Origin: Promethearchaeum syntrophicum
Lineage (GTDB): Archaea > Asgardarchaeota > Lokiarchaeia > Sigyniarchaeales > Promethearchaeaceae
NCBI RefSeq assembly: GCF_008000775.2
Contig: NZ_CP042905.2
Span: forward strand, 3,900,001 to 3,932,000
Direction of reading: 5' to 3'
DNA: 32,000 nt
Positions 8,865 to 17,437 of this stretch are shown in pieces. The translations under genes and the position numbers were made by a program. The notes under the pieces are model-generated. The model saw nothing but the letters and a program-made list of their open reading frames with translations. It had not been told where the DNA came from and did not search any database. Every line of letters begins with the position of its first letter. The stretch's first letter is position 1.

Positions 8865-10142
8865 ATGGAAGAATTTCGGTCAAATAATCATCCAACTAAG
8901 GATATCAAGGGTTCAAAAAGTTCAAAATTAGCAGGTAAAACGATTTGTCTTTGCTTGACGGGAAGTGTAAGCATAATGGATTCACCACATGTTGCTAGAA
9001 ATTTAATTAGACATGGTGCAGAGGTGATTACGGTTATGTCTCAGGAGGCAATGAGATTACTCCAACCTACTTTGTTAGAATGGAGTACGGGGAATCCGGT
9101 GATTACTGAAATTTCGGGAAAAATTGAACATGTCTCTCTAGCAGGTGAGCGAGAAGGAAAGAAAGGTTTTGCAGATCTAATTTTAATTTGTCCTGCTACA
9201 GCCAATACAATCGGAAAAATTGCTTCTGGGATTAGTGATACGCCAGTGACTGCAATTTCAATGGTTGCCCTTGGAAGTAAAATTACTCCATTAATCATAG
9301 TCCCATCCATGCATTTATCAATGTTTCAAAATCCTTTTGTCCAAAAAAATATAAGAACCTTAGAGAAAATGGATGTTAAATTCCTTAATCCTCGAATTGA
9401 AGAAAGTAAAGCAAAGATTGCTACAGTTGATGACGTCTCTTCATATGTATTAAATTATTTTACTAGGAAGAAAGACTTAAAGGGGAAAAAATTCTTAATA
9501 ACTGCCGGTCCGAGTCGAGAATGGATAGATAATATTAGATTTTTATCAAACCCATCTAGTGGTAAAACTGGAATAGCGTATGCTAAGGAAATTATAGAAC
9601 GTGGAGGAGAAGTAACCATAATTTATGGTCCTGGAACTGAACCCACACCTATTGGGGCTGAAATTATTCATGTTAATGACGCAATAGATTTTAGTGAAGC
9701 ATTAAATGACACATTGGTAAATAATCGATTTGATGTATTAATTTCTACAGCAGCGATTGCGGATTTTACTCCAAAAAATAAAAAAATTGAAGGAAAAATT
9801 TCATCGGATAAGAAAGATCTTCTATTAAATTTAGTTTCAACTCCAAAATTAATAAATCTGGCAAGATCATTATCTGAAAAGTTATTTATTATTGCATATA
9901 AAGCCGAAAATAATTTGGTCAAAGAAATTTTGATAGAAAAAGCCTATAATCGATTAAAATCTGCAAATGTGGATTTAATTATCGCAAATAATATTAGTCC
10001 AAGCAATAAAAATATAGGTTTTAACAGCGATACTAATGAAGTCTTCGTTATTGATAAAGATAAGAATGTGCATCATTTAAAATTGGCTTCAAAACAAGAT
10101 ATTGCCTCTAAAATTTTAGATTTATTGCTTGAAAGGATATAA
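8865..10142 (+). CDS. coaBC: Bifunctional phosphopantothenoylcysteine decarboxylase / phosphopantothenate-cysteine ligase
   Basis: N-terminal flavoprotein domain (ICLCLTGSVSIMDSPHVARNLIRHGAEV, LILICPATANTIGKIASGISDT) and CoaB domain (FLITAGPSREWIDNIRFLSNPSSGKTG, STAAIADFTP). Confidence 0.95.
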   Translation: MEEFRSNNHPTKDIKGSKSSKLAGKTICLCLTGSVSIMDSPHVARNLIRHGAEVITVMSQEAMRLLQPTLLEWSTGNPVITEISGKIEHVSLAGEREGKKGFADLILICPATANTIGKIASGISDTPVTAISMVALGSKITPLIIVPSMHLSMFQNPFVQKNIRTLEKMDVKFLNPRIEESKAKIATVDDVSSYVLNYFTRKKDLKGKKFLITAGPSREWIDNIRFLSNPSSGKTGIAYAKEIIERGGEVTIIYGPGTEPTPIGAEIIHVNDAIDFSEALNDTLVNNRFDVLISTAAIADFTPKNKKIEGKISSDKKDLLLNLVSTPKLINLARSLSEKLFIIAYKAENNLVKEILIEKAYNRLKSANVDLIIANNISPSNKNIGFNSDTNEVFVIDKDKNVHHLKLASKQDIASKILDLLLERI

Positions 10143-10147
10143 ATTCC

Positions 10148-10156
10148 TTTTTTTTT
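10148..10156 (+). terminator. Poly-T terminator candidate after coaBC
   Basis: Run of 9 T shortly after the stop. Confidence 0.4.
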
Positions 10157-10288
10157 ATATCATTTAATGTAATTGAGAATATTTATTGTAAAGATTCCTA
10201 AATTTCGCCGACAATATAAAGTTTATAGAGGAAGACAGCTAACTATCAAATGGTATAAAAAAGGGATAGGTTAAGAGGGGAATTTTAG

Positions 10289-10741
10289 ATGGCATATTTG
10301 GAAGTAACATACCACAATGATGAAATACAGAGAAATAAAGAGTTTAGAGTTATTTCAGTCGAAGAGATATGCGGTAACCACATTAAGGTTAAAAACTTAA
10401 ATATTAGAGAACAAATGAACCATTTAGTGGAGAAAAATCCAAAAACTTATCATTCCTCAAATCGATTTACCGTTATTAGCCCCAATTTAAATGATATAAC
10501 AGTAACCAATGGAAGATCAAATTGGATTCTATTAAAAGGAATAAAATCAACAAGAAAACAAATAAATATTTTGTTATTGGGAAAAATGATTTGGGGAATA
10601 GAAATTTCCAGTGGACTTAGATTAAAAGCAAGCATTGATAAGCATGGAAAGGAGAAAATTGCAGACTATCTTGAAGAGAAAGTACAATCCATTTTCCGCG
10701 AACCAACTGCATGGCAAGAAGTCCAGTTTTTCTATCGATAA
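10289..10741 (+). CDS. Conserved-looking hypothetical protein
   Basis: 150-aa ORF with a purine-rich ribosome-binding-like stretch upstream (agagggg). No family recognised by eye. Confidence 0.65.
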   Translation: MAYLEVTYHNDEIQRNKEFRVISVEEICGNHIKVKNLNIREQMNHLVEKNPKTYHSSNRFTVISPNLNDITVTNGRSNWILLKGIKSTRKQINILLLGKMIWGIEISSGLRLKASIDKHGKEKIADYLEEKVQSIFREPTAWQEVQFFYR

Positions 10742-10820
10742 AAGAGAATTTTTCTTATTTTTTAAATAAATCTGCAAATAATTCACCATAAATTCAAATT
10801 TATCAAAAAATTTCATAAAA

Positions 10821-12272
10821 ATGGTGACCAAAATTCCTCTAGATGATTTTTTAAATGCAATTGATGAAAGGAAAGAATATTTCCTAAAATCTATTAATTT
10901 CAATAAAAAACTAGATCTAGATGAATCAGAAACCTCAAGAGAAATTCTTGATTTCAAAAAAAGCGTTCATATTTACAGCCATTTAGACTCAGATGGTTTA
11001 ACTTCCGCAGCAATTCTTGCCTTAGCTCTAAAAAGAGCAAATATAAGTTATCAATTGTCTGTTTTACCTCAATTAGAGACAAAATACATTGAAGAAATTA
11101 AACAAGAAATTATTTCTTATAATAGATTCATTATTTTTTCAGATTTTGGCACAGGACAACTTGGATATTTGAAAAGGGATCTAGAGACTAATAATTATTT
11201 AATTTTAGATCATCATCAACCAGAAAATCTCCAAGAACAACCTGATATTTTTCATGTAAATCCATATTATTATAATATATCTGGAGAAAGTGAAATTTCT
11301 GCTGCAGGAGTCTGTTATTTATTTGCAAAAGCTTTGAATCCAAAAAACATTGACCTTTCATCTTTAGCTATTATTGGAGCTTTAGGTGATATGCAAAATA
11401 AAGGAGAAAAAGGTACTTTTATCGGAGCTAATAAATCGATTCTCGAAGATGCTATAAAAATTGGAAAAATCACTTTGGAAAGGGATCTCGCCATACCGCG
11501 CAACCAACCCCTGCATATAGCCTTAGCTTATTCTTTACCAGAGAAATTGCCTGCAATTTCTGGTAGTGAACAAAATGCCAAACTTTTCCTAAGTTCTCTT
11601 CAAATAAAAATGGAAAATGAATGGAAAGAGAGAAGAACTCTATTAAATCTCTCTACAAATGAAAGAAAAACGCTCTTGAAAGCATTGATAAATGAAGGAG
11701 GAGGGGGAAAGCTAATGACTAACTATTTCAATTTATCAAATTTTGATCCCGTTTCGGATGCTAAAGAAATGTCAAAACTATTAAATGCTTGTGGACGTTT
11801 AGGATTCTCTTCTTTAGGGATTACTAGCTTAATGGGAGACAAAGAATCACTATTAAAAGCGATTGATAAGAATAAAATTTTTAAAAGAGAAATTTCTATT
11901 GCAATAAGACTAGCGGAAGAAAACATTCGAAATTACGAAAATATCAACACTTTTTATCACAACGATATTAATGAAAAGATTATAGGAACGATTTGTTCAA
12001 TTTTAGTTCATTCTAAAGAAGAATTGAAGAAAAAACCATTAATAGCATTTGCAGATTCTGATGATCATTCCTTAAAAGTTTCCGCAAGAGCCGACCGTGA
12101 ATTGGTAAAAAATGGTTTAAATTTAGGTAAAATTTTAAGAGAAGTTTGTCAAAAAATGGATATTCTTAATCCAGCGGGAGGCCATCCTCCGGCAGCTGGC
12201 GCGAAAATTAAGTCAATGGATTTAAAAACTTTTATTGAAGAAGTTGATAATGCTGTTGGAGAAAAAAACTAA
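10821..12272 (+). CDS. DHH-family phosphoesterase/nuclease, archaeal RecJ/GAN-like
   Basis: Motifs HLDSDG, FSDFGTG, LDHHQP and a DHHA1-type C-terminal NPAGGHPPAAGAKI. Confidence 0.88.
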   Translation: MVTKIPLDDFLNAIDERKEYFLKSINFNKKLDLDESETSREILDFKKSVHIYSHLDSDGLTSAAILALALKRANISYQLSVLPQLETKYIEEIKQEIISYNRFIIFSDFGTGQLGYLKRDLETNNYLILDHHQPENLQEQPDIFHVNPYYYNISGESEISAAGVCYLFAKALNPKNIDLSSLAIIGALGDMQNKGEKGTFIGANKSILEDAIKIGKITLERDLAIPRNQPLHIALAYSLPEKLPAISGSEQNAKLFLSSLQIKMENEWKERRTLLNLSTNERKTLLKALINEGGGGKLMTNYFNLSNFDPVSDAKEMSKLLNACGRLGFSSLGITSLMGDKESLLKAIDKNKIFKREISIAIRLAEENIRNYENINTFYHNDINEKIIGTICSILVHSKEELKKKPLIAFADSDDHSLKVSARADRELVKNGLNLGKILREVCQKMDILNPAGGHPPAAGAKIKSMDLKTFIEEVDNAVGEKN

Positions 12273-13360
12273 ATATTTATCATTTCATTTTCAAAATTCT
12301 GAACTTCAACAGGATCTATGCCTTTTTCGATTTTAATCTGTTTTTTTATACCGAAATAAGCACAAGTGATTTTTGCAGCGGCAATAATTTCCTCTTTTTT
12401 TAGAGGTTCAGAATCCGGTTGATTACCTATCAACTCTTCTCTATGTTGTTTTACTCTATCCAGTAATTCTGCCATTCTTACTACAACTTTGAATGTTAAT
12501 TGATTAACAATGGCTACCCTTGTAATATTATTTATATCGAAAAATCCTAATGAATTAAATTTCGAGCCCAAATATCCTTTCAAATTAACAGAATTCTTTT
12601 CACATTCAATTTCCAGCCAATCTTCAATTGAAAGATCTCTTCTTAAGAAAATAACTTCCCATTCTATCCCCATTGCTTTTAAAAATGAAAGTACGGGATC
12701 ATTAAGACTTTCTGCCTTTATAATGATGTAAAGTTGCAATCCAGCATATTTCATATTTTTTTGCATATATAATCCTCTTTGCTGCAGACTACTCATCAAT
12801 TTAAGTTCTATATTCGAAATAGTTGGATGCGGTTCCTTAATTTTTGCGTCTATTAAAATAATATTTCCCCTTTCAGGATCAAACACTCGATCACAAATAC
12901 CGATTACACTCTCATTAGCGTTTAAGAAGTTTAACAGACCACTCATTGTTGGTTCAACATCCATCGCGATTAGATCTGTTTCTTCAATAGTAACATAATC
13001 ATTCTCTCCTGAACCGATAGCTAACTTAATCGATAATAGATTGATTTCTTTATTTTCTCCAAAGGATGTTTGAATGGCAATATTAACTGGTTCAATTTCC
13101 TTTTCGATTATTTTAACATCAGCTAGAATTGATTCAAATGGATCAGGCGTTTTAAGATATTGATTAATTATAGGAGCTTCTGAAGGAGATACAGTTAAAT
13201 CGTAATCTCCTAATTCCTTTTTAACAATAAGATATAATCCTCCTTCCCTACGATAGAGAGTTAAAGCAGTGTCTTTATCTATAGTTGCGTGAAATTTTGT
13301 ATGATCTTTTTTTGAATTCCGTTTATTTAATTTTCGTTTCCAGAATCTGTTATTCATCAT
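12269..13360 (-). CDS. Hypothetical protein (~363 aa)
   Basis: Long ORF with protein-like composition. Stop codon overlaps the stop of the convergent DHH gene (CTAA). No family recognised. Confidence 0.75.
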   Translation of the reverse strand: MMNNRFWKRKLNKRNSKKDHTKFHATIDKDTALTLYRREGGLYLIVKKELGDYDLTVSPSEAPIINQYLKTPDPFESILADVKIIEKEIEPVNIAIQTSFGENKEINLLSIKLAIGSGENDYVTIEETDLIAMDVEPTMSGLLNFLNANESVIGICDRVFDPERGNIILIDAKIKEPHPTISNIELKLMSSLQQRGLYMQKNMKYAGLQLYIIIKAESLNDPVLSFLKAMGIEWEVIFLRRDLSIEDWLEIECEKNSVNLKGYLGSKFNSLGFFDINNITRVAIVNQLTFKVVVRMAELLDRVKQHREELIGNQPDSEPLKKEEIIAAAKITCAYFGIKKQIKIEKGIDPVEVQNFENEMINI

Positions 13361-13462
13361 TTAATTTTCTCATTTTATTAAAGTAAATTTTCGTTTTTAT
13401 TCCTATTCCCTCTAGAAAATTATAAAGATAATTATAATGACAATTATAAATGACAATAAAAA

Positions 13463-14842
13463 ATGTGGAAAAAAGAGTTTTTTGATAGTTTAGAAAATTT
13501 GGGTGTTCCGTCTCATATGCTAAAGAGATCTTCAATTGGATTTAAAGAAATTTGGAAGCCAATAATGGAACTTTTTCAACAAAGAAAAATCCCTGAACAT
13601 GGATGGAATGACTTTCAAATTCGACAATTATTGGACATTTTGAGCCATTTAGATTCAGATAAGGATCCTAGATCAATTAGAATCGGTGAACGTGAGGGGA
13701 GAATTTCCTCAGTTATCCTTAATGAAATTTCAGGTGGTTTTTGTCATGGAATTGGTAGGAGTGGGGAATTAACGGCAGCTCAGCCAAAAGCTGCTGGCGC
13801 TTCATTAATGCAAAATCTAACAAATATAATCGTATTATCGCTAATTAAATCATTAGGTTTACCCAATATAAAAACCGCATTAACTATTCCTTTTGGAACG
13901 GGAATGAGTATTGGAATGGCAATGAGAGGGGCATTAAATTATCATAAAATTGATATCCATGAAAAACCCATGGTTTTAATGACTCAAATTGATCATAAAT
14001 CACCCAGAAAAGGGATTGAATACATTGGAGGAATTTTAAAAATTATTCCTGGACGATATGGAAAAAATTATTATTCAAATGAAGGCGTATTTACCAATAT
14101 TGAAGAGATTAAAGAAATATATCATTTAAATTCAAACAAAATTTCTGCCATCATTTCAAGTACATGCTTTTTTGCCCCTAGGGTTCCCGATAATATAAAA
14201 GAAATCGCAAAATTTGCAAAAAAAAATGAAATCATTCACATTATAAACAATGCTTATGGATTGCAAACACCAGCTTTGTTAAAATTAATAAGACAATCTA
14301 TCGATGCTGGAAGAATAGATGCCATAGTACAAAGCACCGATAAAAATTTTTTAACACCAGTAGGAGGAGCAGTGATTACATCGCCTAACACTGATCTTAT
14401 TAAAGAAATTAGCAAATCTTATGCAGGACGTGCTTCAGCAAGTCCTGTTGTTCAGCTTTTAGTATCGTTACTAAGTATGGGAAAACAAGGATATCTTTCT
14501 AGAATAGAATTCCAAAAAGAAAATCGAACATTTTTGGAGGATTCATTATTGGAACTTGCAAACGAATTTAATGAACAAATAATTGAATGCAATAATCCAG
14601 TTTCATGCGCAATGTCTTTAAAAAATATAAAACCGGAAAAAATTCAAGATTTAGGAGGAATTTTATACAATTTGAGGGTTACGGGTCCTCGGATTATTAA
14701 TATTCATAAAGATCCTTTCGGTTCTTGTACAACCGAGATGAAATGGCCTTATGTAGTTATGAATGCAGCAATCGGAGTTGAAAAAAAACACATATTTGAA
14801 GCAGTAGATCGTTTAAAACGGGCTATTAAGCAAGTAAAATAA
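13463..14842 (+). CDS. spcS: O-phosphoseryl-tRNA(Sec) selenium transferase (SepSecS)
   Basis: RKIPEHGWNDFQIRQLL, DSDKDPRSIRIGEREGR, SGGFCHGIGRSG, AQPKAAGAS, PLP-lysine region STDKNFLTPVGGAVI, SYAGRASASPVVQLLVSLLSMG, YNLRVTGPR and YVVMNAAIG match archaeal SepSecS signatures. In-frame TAA just upstream at 13457 fixes the start. Confidence 0.93.
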   Translation: MWKKEFFDSLENLGVPSHMLKRSSIGFKEIWKPIMELFQQRKIPEHGWNDFQIRQLLDILSHLDSDKDPRSIRIGEREGRISSVILNEISGGFCHGIGRSGELTAAQPKAAGASLMQNLTNIIVLSLIKSLGLPNIKTALTIPFGTGMSIGMAMRGALNYHKIDIHEKPMVLMTQIDHKSPRKGIEYIGGILKIIPGRYGKNYYSNEGVFTNIEEIKEIYHLNSNKISAIISSTCFFAPRVPDNIKEIAKFAKKNEIIHIINNAYGLQTPALLKLIRQSIDAGRIDAIVQSTDKNFLTPVGGAVITSPNTDLIKEISKSYAGRASASPVVQLLVSLLSMGKQGYLSRIEFQKENRTFLEDSLLELANEFNEQIIECNNPVSCAMSLKNIKPEKIQDLGGILYNLRVTGPRIINIHKDPFGSCTTEMKWPYVVMNAAIGVEKKHIFEAVDRLKRAIKQVK

Positions 14843-14929
14843 TATTTTAAAAAAGTACTAGTGAAAATGAATCCGAAATTTTTTTATTTTGAAAGACCTA
14901 AATTTTATTCATAGTATAGAGGAAAAAAC

Positions 14930-15634
14930 ATGGGATTACTCACAACGTTTTCGGAAATTAATAAAAAATGGCCAAACCAATCTTTTAAAATTCTTTTCGA
15001 TCCATTAACAAAGTTGGAACTTTTTGAATTAGGATATTTTGCGTCTTCTGATATTCCATTTAGATGCTTTTCAATAAAATTGAATCCAGGAGATAATCAT
15101 GATAAAGATGTTGCATTATTATATTCTGCGGCTTCAAAACAATTCATTAGTTTATTAAACAAAGATGATGGGTTGGTTTTAACATTATATGAAAACAATA
15201 AAGATGAAATCTCTCAACATCTTGAATTGATAAAAACAGATTTAGCAAAATTTAAGGATCAATTAACAAGTATGAGAGAGGATTTAAGAGATCAGATTGT
15301 AAAATGTATTTTAGTTGAACGTAAGGTAGATGAAGCAATGCATTTTACACTTTCGAATGAAGTGAATCGAAGAGTATATTTTGCCATTGGAGAATGTAGA
15401 GAGCGTGCCGCCCTAATCCCGATATTTCAAAATTCTAAAGGTGCTGACCTGGTTCAATTAGCTCTTCATAAATGGATGGATTACGTCTTACGGTTGAATC
15501 AAGATGAAAAATTTCCAGAAGAAAAAACGACAGGTTTAATAAAAAACTTCCTACAAATTAAAAAATGGTTGAAAGATCTCATAACAAAACAATTGGCTGG
15601 TATATCGACGGCCAAAGAGGAAATAAATGTTTAA
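14930..15634 (+). CDS. Hypothetical protein
   Basis: 234-aa ORF with agagga RBS-like stretch 6 nt upstream of ATG. No family recognised. Confidence 0.7.
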   Translation: MGLLTTFSEINKKWPNQSFKILFDPLTKLELFELGYFASSDIPFRCFSIKLNPGDNHDKDVALLYSAASKQFISLLNKDDGLVLTLYENNKDEISQHLELIKTDLAKFKDQLTSMREDLRDQIVKCILVERKVDEAMHFTLSNEVNRRVYFAIGECRERAALIPIFQNSKGADLVQLALHKWMDYVLRLNQDEKFPEEKTTGLIKNFLQIKKWLKDLITKQLAGISTAKEEINV

Positions 15635-15648
15635 TCCTCCATAATCCC

Positions 15649-15695
15649 GACCTTCGAGAAAAATCCGTCAAAGGTCATTATTATTATTTTTTTTA
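15649..15695 (+). terminator. Possible hairpin plus T-rich tract
   Basis: GACCTT (15649-15654) can pair with AAGGTC (15671-15676); followed by ATTATTATTATTTTTTTT. Short stem and 16-nt loop, so weak. Confidence 0.3.
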
Positions 15696-15755
15696 ATTCT
15701 ATTTTTCGATAATAATAAATCATTTTTGAGATGAAAAACTACATAATAATAATCT

Positions 15756-16817
15756 ATGTCAAAAAATGTTCCATTCGAGAAATTTTATCAGATCCCATCT
15801 GCACAACAGTTGTTAGACTACTCATTTTCAAAGGCTTCATCGAAATCCGCATCTTTACCTAAGACTCTTCCAAATTTAGAGAAAGTTAAAAGAAAAGAAA
15901 TGAAGCGGATTGAAAACTCTACGGATATTTTGTCGAAGAAGATCAAAGGAATAATAAAATCAGTTCCAAATTTAGATTCATTACCTGAATTTTATCGTAG
16001 ATTAAGTCACCTTCTTGTAAATAATGATGATTTACGTAAGAATCTGGGAAGATTGAATGGGACTGTCCCAATAATTCAACGTTTAGAAAGGGATTATAAA
16101 AGAAAAGTCACCTATCAAAAAACAGCTAAACAATGTTCAGCAACCCGAGTGGAATTTTTTGGTAGATGCTCTTCAGTTATCCGTAAACAAGCAAAAACAT
16201 TAGAATTCTTAGAGAAATGTAGAATTGATTTAATGCAAGTTCCTAGAGTTGATTTAATCCTACCTTCTGTTGTTGTCGCAGGATATCCGAATGTAGGAAA
16301 ATCAACGTTAGTTGGAAAGATTTCTTCTGCTCAACCTCAAATTTCTGAATATCCTTTCACAACAAAGCAAATTTACTTAGGAATTTATTATGATCAATAT
16401 GGATCTCGCTATTTTCAAGTAATAGATACCCCAGGAATATTAGATCGTCCTATGTCTCAACGGAATCAAATAGAGAAACAAGCAATTTTAGCACTAAATA
16501 CGATTGCTACAGTAATTATTTTTGTTTTTGATCCTACAGCTGCATCAGGATATGATGTTACAAGCCAAATTAAACTTCTTGAAGAAATACAGCAGATTTT
16601 TACAGAAGATTTAGAAATTCCAATCAAAATTATAATTAATAAAATTGATTTTGCATCACAAGATGAAATTAATCTGCTATTAAACAAGTTGACTGAGATG
16701 AAGATGATTAATAATGAAAAAGATGTAATCAGAACTAATGCGAAAGATGGGGAAAATGTTGAAGATATATTAAAATATTTATTAAAATTCTTTAAAAATA
16801 GGGATTTTCGAAGATGA
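15756..16817 (+). CDS. NOG1/OBG-family GTPase
   Basis: N-terminal NOG1-like region (FEKFYQIPSAQQLLDYSFSKAS), G1 AGYPNVGKSTLV, G3 DTPGILDRP, G4 NKID. Confidence 0.9.
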   Translation: MSKNVPFEKFYQIPSAQQLLDYSFSKASSKSASLPKTLPNLEKVKRKEMKRIENSTDILSKKIKGIIKSVPNLDSLPEFYRRLSHLLVNNDDLRKNLGRLNGTVPIIQRLERDYKRKVTYQKTAKQCSATRVEFFGRCSSVIRKQAKTLEFLEKCRIDLMQVPRVDLILPSVVVAGYPNVGKSTLVGKISSAQPQISEYPFTTKQIYLGIYYDQYGSRYFQVIDTPGILDRPMSQRNQIEKQAILALNTIATVIIFVFDPTAASGYDVTSQIKLLEEIQQIFTEDLEIPIKIIINKIDFASQDEINLLLNKLTEMKMINNEKDVIRTNAKDGENVEDILKYLLKFFKNRDFRR

Positions 16818-17431
16818 AACACGCATATAGAATAGAAACAGAAAGATTAGTTATTAGATGTTATAATCCAAGCGATGCACCATTATTAAAAACAGCAATC
16901 GATGAAAGTTTAGAACACCTGATACCTTGGATGCCTTGGGCAAGTAATGAACCGGAAGAAATTCAAGTAAAAATCGATCGACTTCGAATGTTTAGGGGAG
17001 AATTTGACTTAAATCGGAATTTCGTTTATGGGATTTTTGATCCAGACGAAAAATTCTTAATTGGGGGGTGCGGATTACATCCTCGTATCGGTTTTAATGC
17101 ACTTGAAATTGGGTATTGGATTCATGCAAATCATATTCGAAAAGGATATGGCACAGAAATAGCGGCAGCACTAACAAGAGTAGCATTTGAAGTCGAAAAA
17201 GTCAAAAGAGTGGAGATTCATTGCGATCCAAAAAATATTGGAAGTGCTTCCATTCCAAAAAAATTAGGATATACCCATGAAGCTACATTAAAAAATCGGA
17301 CTTTGAATTATAAAGGAGAATCAATTGATTCCATGATATGGACGATTTTTTACAATGAATTCTTTGAATCAGAGATAAGAAAAAAGAAAATAAAAGCCTA
17401 TGATGCTATTGGAAATATATTTCTACAATAA
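16814..17431 (+). CDS. GNAT family (RimJ/RimL-type) N-acetyltransferase
   Basis: IETERLVIRCYNPSDAPLL, LEIGYWIHANHIRKGYGTEIAAALTRVAFE. ATG overlaps upstream TGA stop (ATGA). Confidence 0.9.
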   Translation: MKHAYRIETERLVIRCYNPSDAPLLKTAIDESLEHLIPWMPWASNEPEEIQVKIDRLRMFRGEFDLNRNFVYGIFDPDEKFLIGGCGLHPRIGFNALEIGYWIHANHIRKGYGTEIAAALTRVAFEVEKVKRVEIHCDPKNIGSASIPKKLGYTHEATLKNRTLNYKGESIDSMIWTIFYNEFFESEIRKKKIKAYDAIGNIFLQ

Positions 17432-17437
17432 TTTTTT

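Noticed and set aside
8865-12272. coaBC, hypothetical and DHH genes as a novel operonic system
   Set aside because: Each has its own intergenic gap (about 80-150 nt) and coaBC is followed by a poly-T terminator candidate; nothing beyond normal housekeeping neighbours.
15649-15695. Hairpin downstream of the 14930-15634 gene as a SECIS element or riboswitch
   Set aside because: Only 6 bp of stem, a 16-nt loop and no SECIS-like internal GAA/A loop; better read as a weak terminator-like structure.
16466-16822. 118-aa minus-strand ORF antisense to the NOG1-like GTPase
   Set aside because: Fully antisense to conserved G-domain sequence; low-complexity S/I-rich shadow ORF.
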